A stretch of 55,888 nucleotides of DNA from Candidatus Delongbacteria bacterium (GTDB taxonomy: Bacteria; UBA4055): contig SLFX01000108.1 in NCBI GenBank assembly GCA_007124045.1, forward strand, positions 1 to 55,888, written 5' to 3'. A program made the position numbers and the translations under genes. The notes under the pieces were generated by a model. That model did not search any database. It worked only from the letters and a program-made list of their open reading frames with translations, and had not been told where the DNA came from. Positions within the stretch are counted from its first letter, which is position 1. Each line of letters starts with the position of its first letter. Positions 26,920-36,173 of this stretch are shown here, piece after piece.

Positions 26920-28131
26920 TTAGTTTTTTCCTGTTTTCCCTACCGATGATACTACCCCGATCATAAACATGTTCATCATAACAGCCGTCCCGCCATAACT
27001 GACGAGAGGAAGTGTGAGTCCTGTTACAGGAAGCATACCGAGATTTACATATATATTCATAACTGTCTGGAAAATAAAAAGCGCGATTATACCAGTTCCG
27101 GCGAGATATAAAAATCTGTTTGTTGTTCTTGAAACAATTTTAACGAGCCTGTGGAAAAGAAGCAGGAAGGCAGATAAAAGAACTGAAACTCCTAACAAAC
27201 CTGATTCTTCGGCGATTACACTGAATATAAAATCATTATGTCCTTCAGGTAAGAAACCCAACTGAGTCTGACTGCCGCTCTTGTATCCGGCACCTGTCAG
27301 ACCACCATTCGAAACAGCAGCTTTAGACTGCACTATCTGCCAACCGCCTTCAGTTGAAAATCTTTCGGGATCAACGAATGTCATAAGTCGGACCTGCTGA
27401 TACGGTCTCAGATTATCCCATACGATTCCTGATAAAAAACCTGTAGTGAGCGCCAGGAAAACAAGAATTACTATTTTAGACGGCCTGAAGGACAGTTTTT
27501 TTAAAATTATCCCGAAAAATATTGCAGCTGTAACAAAATACTGTATGCCCGCTGCCCTGATAAAAATAAAAGAAATAACAGAAATGCAGTTGAACAGATA
27601 TACTCCGGGCAGACCTGAAGCGATCAATACAGAACCGAGTATAGCGATATATATTACCGCAGTTCCAAGATCCGGCTGTTTCAGGACAAGAAGTACCGGT
27701 ATCGCCGTCAAAAGCAGACCGGTTGCATAAACCTTTATATCCTTCCAGTCCAGTCTCCCGTTACTGTAATACCTGGCAAGTATGCAGATAAGTCCGAATT
27801 TTCCTATCTCCGAAGGCTGAAACTGAAAAGGTCCGATCTCGATCCATCGTCTTGCACCCATTCTTGCAGTACCGAAAAAAGCTGTAATGACAAGAAGCGC
27901 AATTGAAACCGCATATATTATAACAGAAAGCGACATAAGATTTTTTACAGGATAGAATCTTACGAAATACAGCACAGCACCACCTGCAATAAACCAGATC
28001 GTCTGTTTAAGCACGAGTCCTTCGATACCTCTCGCATATGATGAAGAGTGTATGAAAAAAACACCCACCGCAAAAAGCATGAAGATGCTTAAGATCAGAT
28101 AAAGATCAATATTGGGTTTAGAACACTTCAT
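26920..28131 (-). CDS. SEDS family peptidoglycan polymerase (RodA/FtsW)
   Basis: 403 aa and polytopic. Family blocks are QPSEIGKF, DLGTAVIY, PEGHNDFIFSVIAEE and LPLVSYGGTAV. Confidence 0.85.
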   Translation of the reverse strand: MKCSKPNIDLYLILSIFMLFAVGVFFIHSSSYARGIEGLVLKQTIWFIAGGAVLYFVRFYPVKNLMSLSVIIYAVSIALLVITAFFGTARMGARRWIEIGPFQFQPSEIGKFGLICILARYYSNGRLDWKDIKVYATGLLLTAIPVLLVLKQPDLGTAVIYIAILGSVLIASGLPGVYLFNCISVISFIFIRAAGIQYFVTAAIFFGIILKKLSFRPSKIVILVFLALTTGFLSGIVWDNLRPYQQVRLMTFVDPERFSTEGGWQIVQSKAAVSNGGLTGAGYKSGSQTQLGFLPEGHNDFIFSVIAEESGLLGVSVLLSAFLLLFHRLVKIVSRTTNRFLYLAGTGIIALFIFQTVMNIYVNLGMLPVTGLTLPLVSYGGTAVMMNMFMIGVVSSVGKTGKN

Positions 28132-28134
28132 ATG

Positions 28135-29607
28135 CTAAAGATCCCTGATGTTTCTTAGACAGGCCCCTCTGTAATAATGTTTGAGAATATCCTTGTAGGT
28201 GTATCCTTTCTCGCCCATTATCTGCGCACCAATCTGGCATAGTCCTACACCGTGCCCCCATCCGGCACCTTTGATCTTCCATCCTCCGCTGATCCTTGAG
28301 ATCAATATTGCCGAACTGGGAAGATGAGTGTCTGATAATAATCTTCTGATATTGAGCTCTTTTGAGACAACAAAGGTCTTTTCGCTTCCTTCTACCTCAA
28401 GTTCTACTGCTCTACCGGACGGTCCGCGTTTTAATACCCTGATATTTCTTATTTTTCCGGCTGATATTTCAAATTTAAGTTTTAGATTTTCTTTTATTTT
28501 TTCTTCTGATATCTCTTTTTCCCATCTGAAATAATCTTTGCAAAATGAAAGTGAGTCGGGAAGCGGATTCTTGAAAGTATTGCAAAAACAGTTAAACTCA
28601 TTATCACTGATAAATTCCGCCGCTTTCTTATCTTCACTTACCCCTTCAGATTTTCCGCCTGTCTCATTGTCGAATACCGAGGCAAGATATGGATAATCCA
28701 AATCCTCCCAGCACGATGAATATCTTTCTGTGATCCCCCCGCAGATCTTTGCATACCTTGCATCTGCGATCTTATTGTCAAATATCAAAACCTGACCTGC
28801 GGTAAGATTCGTCACTTCTGATGACAGCATTGACACTTTTGAAACACCCTGATAGCACTGGCAGTGATCATCAGAACAAAGATCGAAACCTTCGCCATAG
28901 TGATGTTTTCCCATAGTGGCAAGGACAGTGCTTCTTGCCGCAACAGTCTGAGATTTCAGCATCTCAATATCGTTATCGTTTCGCATCTCTGAAGAATTAA
29001 CACTGGAAAGATATTCCTCGATACCGATAATATTTACGCATGTCAGCTTTCCGGAAGTGTCAGTAATGATCTCCAGTTCGCCGCTGTACTCAAGGTTTTC
29101 CTTATGATCCCAGTGAAAACCGATACCTACATCAACACCTTCAACTGTAAATGTCGAATATTTTTCCAGAGGTACGAACCGGATGCTGTTTTGAAAATCA
29201 TGTCCGTTAAAAGTCAAAATACCGGAAGGTTTCTTTTTGACAATGTTTTTGAACCGGTAGTCTCCGGAAGGATATATTCTGCCTGCCATACTGATGCATT
29301 TTTTAAGTATCCAGTACTCGTAGTTGTCTGTACTGCCGAGCTTTCTTCCGGCACGAATAACTCTTGTGGGTACATTTATAACATTGTATTTACTCCTCAC
29401 CACATCGAGTTTTTCAATTCCGAAAACCGTTTCAAGCTTTTCATACCACTGCGATCTCGCGGGCACCCCTTCGGACAGTTTCACATCGTACTCTCCGGCT
29501 TGAATGATTGTTTTCCCTGATCCTTCTGGCGGGACTGTTTTAAAAGGACCGTTGAACCTGATCTTTACTCTTTCTTTTTTATGCAAAAAACCTATTCTTA
29601 TTTTCAT
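28135..29607 (-). CDS. SpoIID/LytB domain protein
   Basis: 490 aa. It has the C-terminal signature GWGHGVGLCQIGA and the central block VAARSTVLAT...CSDDHCQCYQG. Confidence 0.8.
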   Translation of the reverse strand: MKIRIGFLHKKERVKIRFNGPFKTVPPEGSGKTIIQAGEYDVKLSEGVPARSQWYEKLETVFGIEKLDVVRSKYNVINVPTRVIRAGRKLGSTDNYEYWILKKCISMAGRIYPSGDYRFKNIVKKKPSGILTFNGHDFQNSIRFVPLEKYSTFTVEGVDVGIGFHWDHKENLEYSGELEIITDTSGKLTCVNIIGIEEYLSSVNSSEMRNDNDIEMLKSQTVAARSTVLATMGKHHYGEGFDLCSDDHCQCYQGVSKVSMLSSEVTNLTAGQVLIFDNKIADARYAKICGGITERYSSCWEDLDYPYLASVFDNETGGKSEGVSEDKKAAEFISDNEFNCFCNTFKNPLPDSLSFCKDYFRWEKEISEEKIKENLKLKFEISAGKIRNIRVLKRGPSGRAVELEVEGSEKTFVVSKELNIRRLLSDTHLPSSAILISRISGGWKIKGAGWGHGVGLCQIGAQIMGEKGYTYKDILKHYYRGACLRNIRDL

Positions 29608-30650
29608 TTTTCCGAACCTTTAAAGATCTTTAACGGTTTACCGAACATTCCGCTGAGTTTTTTTACCTCAAGAAGAAGTGCATCGAAATCTTTAAATGTA
29701 AGAGATTGCGGACCGTCCGAAAGAGCTTTGTCGGGATCGGGATGTACTTCAACCATCAGTCCGTCACAACCGTAAGCCATAGCAGCCCTGGCAAGAGGAA
29801 GTACTTTACTTCTGTCTCTTGTAGCATGACTGACATCAACTATCATGGGAAGATGGCACTCTTCCTTAAAATCGCTAATGCCCAAAAGATCAATTATGGA
29901 TCTTTGCTTACTTCCCTCAAATATCCTTATCCCCCTTTCGCAGACTATCACATTCGGGTTACCTTCGGCAAGTATGTATTCAAGAGAAACAAAAAGGTCA
30001 TCGTGGGAAGCAGTAAAACCTCTTTTTATCAAAACAGGTTTATTGCTGTTTCCCACCTTCTTCAGCAACGAATAATTCTGCATATTCCTTGCACCTATCT
30101 GAATTATATCCGCTGTTTCCATAAGAGCGTTCAGCGAATATTCGTCAACAGCCTCCGAGACTATCTTCATGCAATATCTGTCAGCGGCGTCACGAAGATA
30201 ACGCACACCTTTATCCCCCAGACCCTGAAAGCTGTATGGTGAAGTTCTGGGCTTAAAAGCCCCACCCCTGAGAACTCTTATGCCCCTGGAGCACAGAAAC
30301 TGGGCTGTTTCGTTTATCATATCTTCACTTTCAACCGAGCAGGGACCCGCAATAATATGAGAGAAATATTCGTTAAAGCTTATACCGTCTCCAATATCAA
30401 CTACAGTATCAACGCCGCCGTTATTCTCTTTATAAACAAGTTTCAGCCTTCTGGATATGTGTACAATATTTCTTATCCCGCCGAATTTGTTAAAATACGA
30501 TTCGTCTATATAGCCGATATTTCCGTGAACAAGAATAATCGATCTTTGAGACCCCTTACTTATTTTGGCCTGATAACCGATCTCCTCAATGCCCTGAACA
30601 ACGGCAAGTATCTGCTGCTTAGTAGCACCGATCTTCATAATAATCAACAT
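29604..30650 (-). CDS. aroF: 3-deoxy-7-phosphoheptulonate (DAHP) synthase, type I-beta with N-terminal regulatory domain
   Basis: 348 aa. It has an N-terminal ferredoxin-like domain, then AGPCSVES, LRGGAFKPRTSPYSFQGLG and the VDVSH block. Confidence 0.85.
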   Translation of the reverse strand: MLIIMKIGATKQQILAVVQGIEEIGYQAKISKGSQRSIILVHGNIGYIDESYFNKFGGIRNIVHISRRLKLVYKENNGGVDTVVDIGDGISFNEYFSHIIAGPCSVESEDMINETAQFLCSRGIRVLRGGAFKPRTSPYSFQGLGDKGVRYLRDAADRYCMKIVSEAVDEYSLNALMETADIIQIGARNMQNYSLLKKVGNSNKPVLIKRGFTASHDDLFVSLEYILAEGNPNVIVCERGIRIFEGSKQRSIIDLLGISDFKEECHLPMIVDVSHATRDRSKVLPLARAAMAYGCDGLMVEVHPDPDKALSDGPQSLTFKDFDALLLEVKKLSGMFGKPLKIFKGSEK

Positions 30651-31411
30651 TTTACTGCCTCTCTGTTAAATACACGATCAAGTATCACACCACCCGCCAC
30701 AGAAACATTCAGAGAATCAAAGGACGGAGAAATATTTATTTTAAAATTGCTGTTCATATATTTTCGTAATTTTTCGTTTAAACCCGATGATTCGTTACCG
30801 AGAAAAAGCATTCGTTTTCCTTCTTTATGACTGTAGTCGTGACATGCATCCAGATATGTTCCGATTCTTTCATAACCTGTTGTATCTTTCATAATTTGCT
30901 CGAAGGATGATGTTCTGAAAACCGGCATCCTGAAAACTGCCCCCATACTGCTTCTTAGAGATCTCGGAGAATAAAGATCGGCACAGTCGTCCGATACGGC
31001 CACACCGTCTAAACCGAAACATAAAGCTGTCCTGACAAGGGTACCCGCATTGCCGGGATCACTGACTCCGCACAGACACAGTATGCTGTTCTTATCTCTG
31101 AAAAATTCCTCCTGCGGAATTTGACGGGGGTATCTGCCCACAGCAGCTATACCTTCCGGCGCTGAAACCGTTGAAAACCTGCTGATGTCACCCGTATAAA
31201 TATCTATAACACGATCCGAAGGCATAGCGGACATGAAAGATCTGTGATCGAAACCCGGATCGAATATGATCATATCCGTAGTCCGTTCCGAACGGATGAG
31301 TTCAGAAACAGCTTTAACGCCCTCAACCAGAAAAACGCCGTGCTCTGCCCTGCCTTTTTTGGAAGAAAGAGATCTGAGCATTTTTATTTGTGCGTTAAAA
31401 AGTTTTTTCAT
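30644..31411 (-). CDS. TrmH/SpoU-family RNA 2'-O-methyltransferase
   Basis: 255 aa with SpoU motifs GVSDPGNAGTLVRTA, LFLGNESSGL and SLNVSVAGGVIL. Confidence 0.8.
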   Translation of the reverse strand: MKKLFNAQIKMLRSLSSKKGRAEHGVFLVEGVKAVSELIRSERTTDMIIFDPGFDHRSFMSAMPSDRVIDIYTGDISRFSTVSAPEGIAAVGRYPRQIPQEEFFRDKNSILCLCGVSDPGNAGTLVRTALCFGLDGVAVSDDCADLYSPRSLRSSMGAVFRMPVFRTSSFEQIMKDTTGYERIGTYLDACHDYSHKEGKRMLFLGNESSGLNEKLRKYMNSNFKINISPSFDSLNVSVAGGVILDRVFNREAVKC

Positions 31412-32097
31412 CTGAAACTCGACAGATAATTCAGAACGATATTACACCCCATTCTAAGTGCCTGGAGTCTTTTTTCCTGAGGCACATTGTGTACAGAAGC
31501 GTCCTCCCATCCGTTGCCAAGATCTGTTTCGTAAGAATAAAAAAGCACAAGCCTTCCCTCGTGAAAAATACCGAGACCTTCCGGCGGTTTACCGTCATGC
31601 TCGTGAATCTTGGGAAGTCCTTCGGGAAATCTGTACTTAATATTGTAAACCGGGTGATCAAATGGTACATGAACGAATTCTTTATCGGGAAAAATTCTTG
31701 CAACAAGTTTTCTGAAAGATCTGTCAAGTCCGTAATTGTCATCCGCATGCATAAAACCTCCGTTCAGCAGGTGCCTCCTTAATATACGGATCTCTCTTTC
31801 ACTCATATCAATTGTTCCGTGGCCTGTAACAAAAATATACGGGAAAGAACTCAAATTCTCACCTATTGTTACGACACCCTCAGAAGGTGCCGTCCTTATT
31901 CCTGTTTCCTCTGAAATGAATTCTAGCAGATTATTTACGGCAGTCGGGCTTGCGTACCAGTCGCCTCCTCCGTCATACTTGAGCCTTCCGATAAAAAAAT
32001 CGTAAGAGAACAGAGATGATGACAGGATCAGAATAAGTATTAAAACTCTGCATTCAGTCATAAATATACGGCTTAAGGTTAGAAGGTTTTCCGACAT
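31408..32097 (-). CDS. DUF4159-like protein (recalled family; unverified)
   Basis: 229 aa with an N-terminal hydrophobic segment, then LKYDGGGDWYASP ... LPKIHEHDGKPPEGLGIF ... DLGNGWED. This matches my memory of DUF4159 proteins. The start could be ATG 32061. Confidence 0.55.
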   Translation of the reverse strand: MSENLLTLSRIFMTECRVLILILILSSSLFSYDFFIGRLKYDGGGDWYASPTAVNNLLEFISEETGIRTAPSEGVVTIGENLSSFPYIFVTGHGTIDMSEREIRILRRHLLNGGFMHADDNYGLDRSFRKLVARIFPDKEFVHVPFDHPVYNIKYRFPEGLPKIHEHDGKPPEGLGIFHEGRLVLFYSYETDLGNGWEDASVHNVPQEKRLQALRMGCNIVLNYLSSFR

Positions 32098-33199
32098 TGG
32101 TCATTATGGTCTCATCATCCAGAATTACTGTTGACGGCTTTATGTTCCCTTTTTCCGATTCCCTTTTATCTATCATTTTATAATCCTTTTCGTGGAGCCT
32201 GTTCTTCACGAACACATCAACAACATCAGGATCGAACTGTGTTCCCCTTCCGCCGATCAGAGCCTCCAGAGCTTCGATATTTGATTTTTCTTTGCGGTAC
32301 GGTCTGGTCGTCGTTATCGCATCGTATGTGTCGGCTACAGCAACTATTCTTGCCAGAAGAGGTATATTATTTCCCCGCAAACCTTCGGGGTAACCGTCTC
32401 CCCCGTAACTCTCATGATGATATTTTATACAGTCCGTCATCGGTTCGAAAAATGATATATTCTGAACTATTTTTGCGCCTACGGTGGGGTGCGACATGAT
32501 AGAATCGAATTCTTCCTCGGTGAGCGATTTGTTCTTGTTCAATATCGCATCCTTTACTCCTATTTTGCCCACATCGTGCATCATTGCCCCGTACTCCAGA
32601 ATCTGAAGCTGCCTGCTGTTAAGTCCCATAAGTTTACCAATATCGATACTGATGAGTCTGACCCTGTTGCTGTGACCTTTTGTGTACTCATCTTTGGCCT
32701 CAATGGCGGATGCAATGATTATCAGTGATCCGAAAAGAGCGTCTTTAAGCTGAACCGATCTTTTTTCGACCATATCCTCAAGATGTTTCTGATACTTTTC
32801 ATTCTCCTTTAAAAGCTTTATGTTCTGTTCTTTGAGTTTTTTGAACTCAATACTTTTTCTCACGGATATAAGAAGCTCATCAACATTGATAGGTTTAACA
32901 AGATAATCCTGCGCACCAAGTTTCATTACCTCTACAACTGTGTTGAGCGCTTTTACGCCGGTGAGCATTATTACCGGTATAACCTTGTTAAGTTCACGAA
33001 AATTCTTAAGAAATTCCGGCCCTGTCATTTCAGGCATTTCGACATCGGAAATTATACAGTCAAATTCCTCACTCGCTATCAGTTCCAGAGCTTTTCGGCC
33101 GTTCTCCGCTTCGACAGTATCAAAATCGTTAAGCTCAAGGCTCATGGATACGAACTCTCTGAGTTCCTGTTCATCGTCAACTACTAATATTCTCGGCAT
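32054..33199 (-). CDS. two-component response regulator with HD-GYP phosphodiesterase output domain
   Basis: The receiver is present (ILVVDDE, CIISDVEMP, LVKP). The HD-GYP domain shows HSNRV...MHDVGKIGV...HHESYGGDGYPEGL. Confidence 0.85.
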   Translation of the reverse strand: MPRILVVDDEQELREFVSMSLELNDFDTVEAENGRKALELIASEEFDCIISDVEMPEMTGPEFLKNFRELNKVIPVIMLTGVKALNTVVEVMKLGAQDYLVKPINVDELLISVRKSIEFKKLKEQNIKLLKENEKYQKHLEDMVEKRSVQLKDALFGSLIIIASAIEAKDEYTKGHSNRVRLISIDIGKLMGLNSRQLQILEYGAMMHDVGKIGVKDAILNKNKSLTEEEFDSIMSHPTVGAKIVQNISFFEPMTDCIKYHHESYGGDGYPEGLRGNNIPLLARIVAVADTYDAITTTRPYRKEKSNIEALEALIGGRGTQFDPDVVDVFVKNRLHEKDYKMIDKRESEKGNIKPSTVILDDETIMTNVGKPSNLKPYIYD

Positions 33200-33232
33200 T
33201 AACTTTTCCTTAAACAGTTAAATTAACATATA

Positions 33233-33261
33233 AATATACTATCTGTCTCGGATTAAATCAA
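33233..33261 (-). promoter_or_regulatory. candidate promoter of the long 33199-to-22286 minus-strand operon
   Basis: The minus strand reads TTGATT, a 17-nt spacer, then TATATT. It lies about 35 nt upstream of the response-regulator ATG. Confidence 0.4.
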
Positions 33262-33291
33262 CCAAAATAATAAAGTGATATGTTGCAAGAA

Positions 33292-33867
33292 TCAGCCGAT
33301 GATAAGATCCTGAGTACTGATCTTCGGAACATGGTGAACACCGTCATCATCTCTGTAATATCTTGTGTCCTGACCGCCGCCTATATCATCTATAACGATC
33401 TTTTCTTTAGGTTTTCCGATCGCTACGACAAGAGCGATCTCATACTCTTCATTATCAATTCCAAGAAGATCAGACAGAAGAGGTTTGTTTACCGCTCCGA
33501 ACATGCAGCCGCCCAGTCCGCTTTCGACGGCACCGAGAAGCATGCTTTGGGCCATAATGCCCGCATCAAGACTGTTCGGCGTGGTTATATCCCTTCTCTT
33601 TACGATAACTATGTATGCCGAAGGTCTTTCTCCTTCTTCAGGTCCGTCCCAGTCTTTAAGCATCATTGCCCATTTGAGGCAGGAAAAGATTTTGGTGTTC
33701 TTTTCTTTATCGCATGACAGAATAAATCTGAGCGGCTGCATGTTGCCTCCCGAGGCTGAAAATCTGGCAAGTTCCACCAGTTTTTCGAGCTGAGCGCGGC
33801 TTACCTGTTCATTCTGATAAAATCTTCTGTAGCTTCTGTTCTTCTTTACCAGTTCCAGTACAGTCAT
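33292..33867 (-). CDS. nitroreductase family protein
   Basis: 191 aa with the N-terminal signature RRSYRRF-like (KNRSYRRFYQNEQV) and SASGGNMQP. GGAGG lies upstream. It starts 38 nt downstream of module copy 2. Confidence 0.8.
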   Translation of the reverse strand: MTVLELVKKNRSYRRFYQNEQVSRAQLEKLVELARFSASGGNMQPLRFILSCDKEKNTKIFSCLKWAMMLKDWDGPEEGERPSAYIVIVKRRDITTPNSLDAGIMAQSMLLGAVESGLGGCMFGAVNKPLLSDLLGIDNEEYEIALVVAIGKPKEKIVIDDIGGGQDTRYYRDDDGVHHVPKISTQDLIIG

Positions 33868-33905
33868 GATTAAGCCTCCCTATAATGGTTTATCTACGCC
33901 CGCGA

Positions 33906-34664
33906 TCAGTGCATCTGTTCGTCATCAAGTCCGGGCTCTTTATGTATAAATTTGAAGTAAATGATCAGGAATATGCTTATAGCTATGCTCAGAACAAGAG
34001 AGGCCTCCCAGTCCGTGGCAAGCACCTGTGCCCTGCCTATGAAAAGGGCGATCCTGCCCATTACCGTAGCTCCGAAAGAAGCTCCGAAATTTATCATCAG
34101 GATAAGTATGCCGATCCTGGCCGTCCTGCCCAGTATTCCTTTGTGGGGTTTCGAGAAGAAAAAGTACATCAGGGCGCAGAAAGTTCCGAAAATAATGACG
34201 AACCATTTCGATATCTCAAAAAAGGTCGGATACTCGAGAAGAGGTTTCATCATGTCGGCCCCCTGAATGAAAAGCTGCTGAACCGTAGTGGGTATGCTGT
34301 ATCCGGCCACATAGGCGAAAACGAAAGCGAACCAGTAATTTGCGATCCAGCCTTTGTTCCTTGAAAACCTGAAGAACATCGTGCTTCCGATCAGAAGCCA
34401 AAGTATCAGTGTGAGGTCATAAGGCTGAAAATCATAATACGCATCTTTCAGCGGCCTGATAAGGTAAGGGACAATGACCATATTCCAGCTCCAGACCCAT
34501 CCGTAACCGAGTGAAATACCGAGAAAAGTGTTCTCGCCCAGCTTATACAGCGGATTATCCCTGAAGAGAAAAGAAAGCATCATCAGAGTGAAAAGAACGC
34601 TTAGCCATGTCTGAAATGTCGGGTTCATTATGGTATTGTCTATCAACAGGTCAATAATGTGCAT
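33906..34664 (-). CDS. module subunit D (copy 2), polytopic membrane protein
   Basis: 252 aa, colinear paralogue of 4338-5084. Confidence 0.8.
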   Translation of the reverse strand: MHIIDLLIDNTIMNPTFQTWLSVLFTLMMLSFLFRDNPLYKLGENTFLGISLGYGWVWSWNMVIVPYLIRPLKDAYYDFQPYDLTLILWLLIGSTMFFRFSRNKGWIANYWFAFVFAYVAGYSIPTTVQQLFIQGADMMKPLLEYPTFFEISKWFVIIFGTFCALMYFFFSKPHKGILGRTARIGILILMINFGASFGATVMGRIALFIGRAQVLATDWEASLVLSIAISIFLIIYFKFIHKEPGLDDEQMH

Positions 34665-34675
34665 TTTAAAAGCTC

Positions 34676-35518
34676 CTATCTGTTTTTCTTCTGCTTTCTT
34701 TCATAAAAATAAACGAAATTGCCGAGTCCTATAAACACGAACATTATAATGTGGGACATTGTAAGAGATGCCATTCCGGCATTAGCTGTGTTGTTAAAGG
34801 CAGGATCCGCACCGTTCGCTATCCTCAGATTCTCGTATTCGGCAGCTCCCTTGAGTCCGAAAAGCATCCCGTCAAGCTGTCCGGTCTGAAGAAAGGGAAT
34901 AAAATCCGGACCGACAACCGCAGTTACTCCGGCTCCCATTCTGAAACCGAATCTTCTCTGAAGGTAAATATAGCTTTCGGGGTGAGAGGAGCCGGCGTAG
35001 GACATCATGTATTTTATATCCCCGAAAGTCCTTATTCCCTCGAATATTCTCCCCTCTTTGCTGAAGGTGCCCTTGAAATCGGAATACATCGAGAAAAGCA
35101 TCATGTCAACACCGATAGGCAGATAGCCGAGGTGAATGAAATCGACCCCCTCCTCAATGTGTTCATATCCCGGTTCTGATCTGATCTTTTCAACAAGATT
35201 CTGCCCGAGGCTTATTCCCATTATCGAGGGATAGTATATGAATACTCTGAGTCTGTTATCGAAGCACTGTTTTAAGGTCTGCTCGGCCATGGGAAGAAGC
35301 TCCGCCTGCAGTGTCGGGTCGAATGCCCAGTCAATAAAAACAGCATCGCCTTCTTCAAGGCTATTGATTATGTCATACACCCTTTGTGTTTCTTTTGATA
35401 CCGCGAAATCCTGCTTAAACAGTCCCGGTACCCAGAAGGGTATTATACATGAAAGAAAGATAAGCAGGTAAATCCACCTTTTATCCAGCTTTTTTAGTTT
35501 GTAAACAATTTTTTCCAT
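34676..35518 (-). CDS. module subunit C (copy 2)
   Basis: 280 aa, colinear paralogue of 5084-5929. Shared blocks are GDAV(H/F)IDWAFDP, GVD(Y/F)IH, IPF(I/L)QTGQL and RGAAEYE/KGAAEYE. Confidence 0.8.
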   Translation of the reverse strand: MEKIVYKLKKLDKRWIYLLIFLSCIIPFWVPGLFKQDFAVSKETQRVYDIINSLEEGDAVFIDWAFDPTLQAELLPMAEQTLKQCFDNRLRVFIYYPSIMGISLGQNLVEKIRSEPGYEHIEEGVDFIHLGYLPIGVDMMLFSMYSDFKGTFSKEGRIFEGIRTFGDIKYMMSYAGSSHPESYIYLQRRFGFRMGAGVTAVVGPDFIPFLQTGQLDGMLFGLKGAAEYENLRIANGADPAFNNTANAGMASLTMSHIIMFVFIGLGNFVYFYERKQKKNR

Positions 35519-35536
35519 ATATCCCAGTACCTTATT

Positions 35537-36151
35537 TTATTCAGACAGATGTGCTCTTTCAAGACCGAAAGCTATCCTGATCATCATTGTAAGTCCGCCG
35601 AGAAAAGCCCCGAAAAGAATAGCTCTTTTACCTGCGCTTGTCGGACCGTCCATTATCCACTCGCCTATAACAGGGATCTTGTCCCACATTGCTTCCGCTA
35701 TCGGCATTTTTCCAAGCATGATGATAATCGCGGCTAAAAGAAGGAAAGCCGATTCAACTGATTTTATCCTGAACGAACGGTATGATGCGGAAGCGACATA
35801 GAAGGCAAGCAGCGAGAATACGGTCGCGTCAAGAGGTACAAAACCGTAGGTAAACATAGCATCGAACGGAGTACCCGGACTTATTCCTCTGATAGAAGCG
35901 AAAAATATCATTAACGCTATTATAGACATCTGATAGACTGCGTACCACCTGTCATTGTTGTATTTAATCTTCTTATAGTTCACCCTGACCACATTCACTA
36001 TACCTACCAGCAGACCCACGATCGCCACATTTCTGAATCCCGTCATGAAGAGCATTTTCCAGTTCTCGAAGAACCTGCCCGCCAAAAAGAATTCAAGATA
36101 CCATCCGATCGTGGCTAAAAATCCGATTAAGAGGGGTATTTCTTTTTTCAT
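35537..36151 (-). CDS. module subunit B (copy 2), polytopic membrane protein
   Basis: 204 aa, the same length as copy 1, with about 59% identity by hand count. Confidence 0.8.
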   Translation of the reverse strand: MKKEIPLLIGFLATIGWYLEFFLAGRFFENWKMLFMTGFRNVAIVGLLVGIVNVVRVNYKKIKYNNDRWYAVYQMSIIALMIFFASIRGISPGTPFDAMFTYGFVPLDATVFSLLAFYVASASYRSFRIKSVESAFLLLAAIIIMLGKMPIAEAMWDKIPVIGEWIMDGPTSAGKRAILFGAFLGGLTMMIRIAFGLERAHLSE

Positions 36152-36173
36152 ATATCAAGCCCTAAATTAAATT

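Noticed and set aside
29706-30242. 178-aa plus-strand ORF. Similar long antisense ORFs lie at 33280-33717, 33885-34364, 39538-40056 and 47813-48379.
   Set aside because: Each lies opposite a gene with strong family signatures (DAHP synthase, nitroreductase, subunit D, DsbA-like, LptF). None has recognisable motifs.
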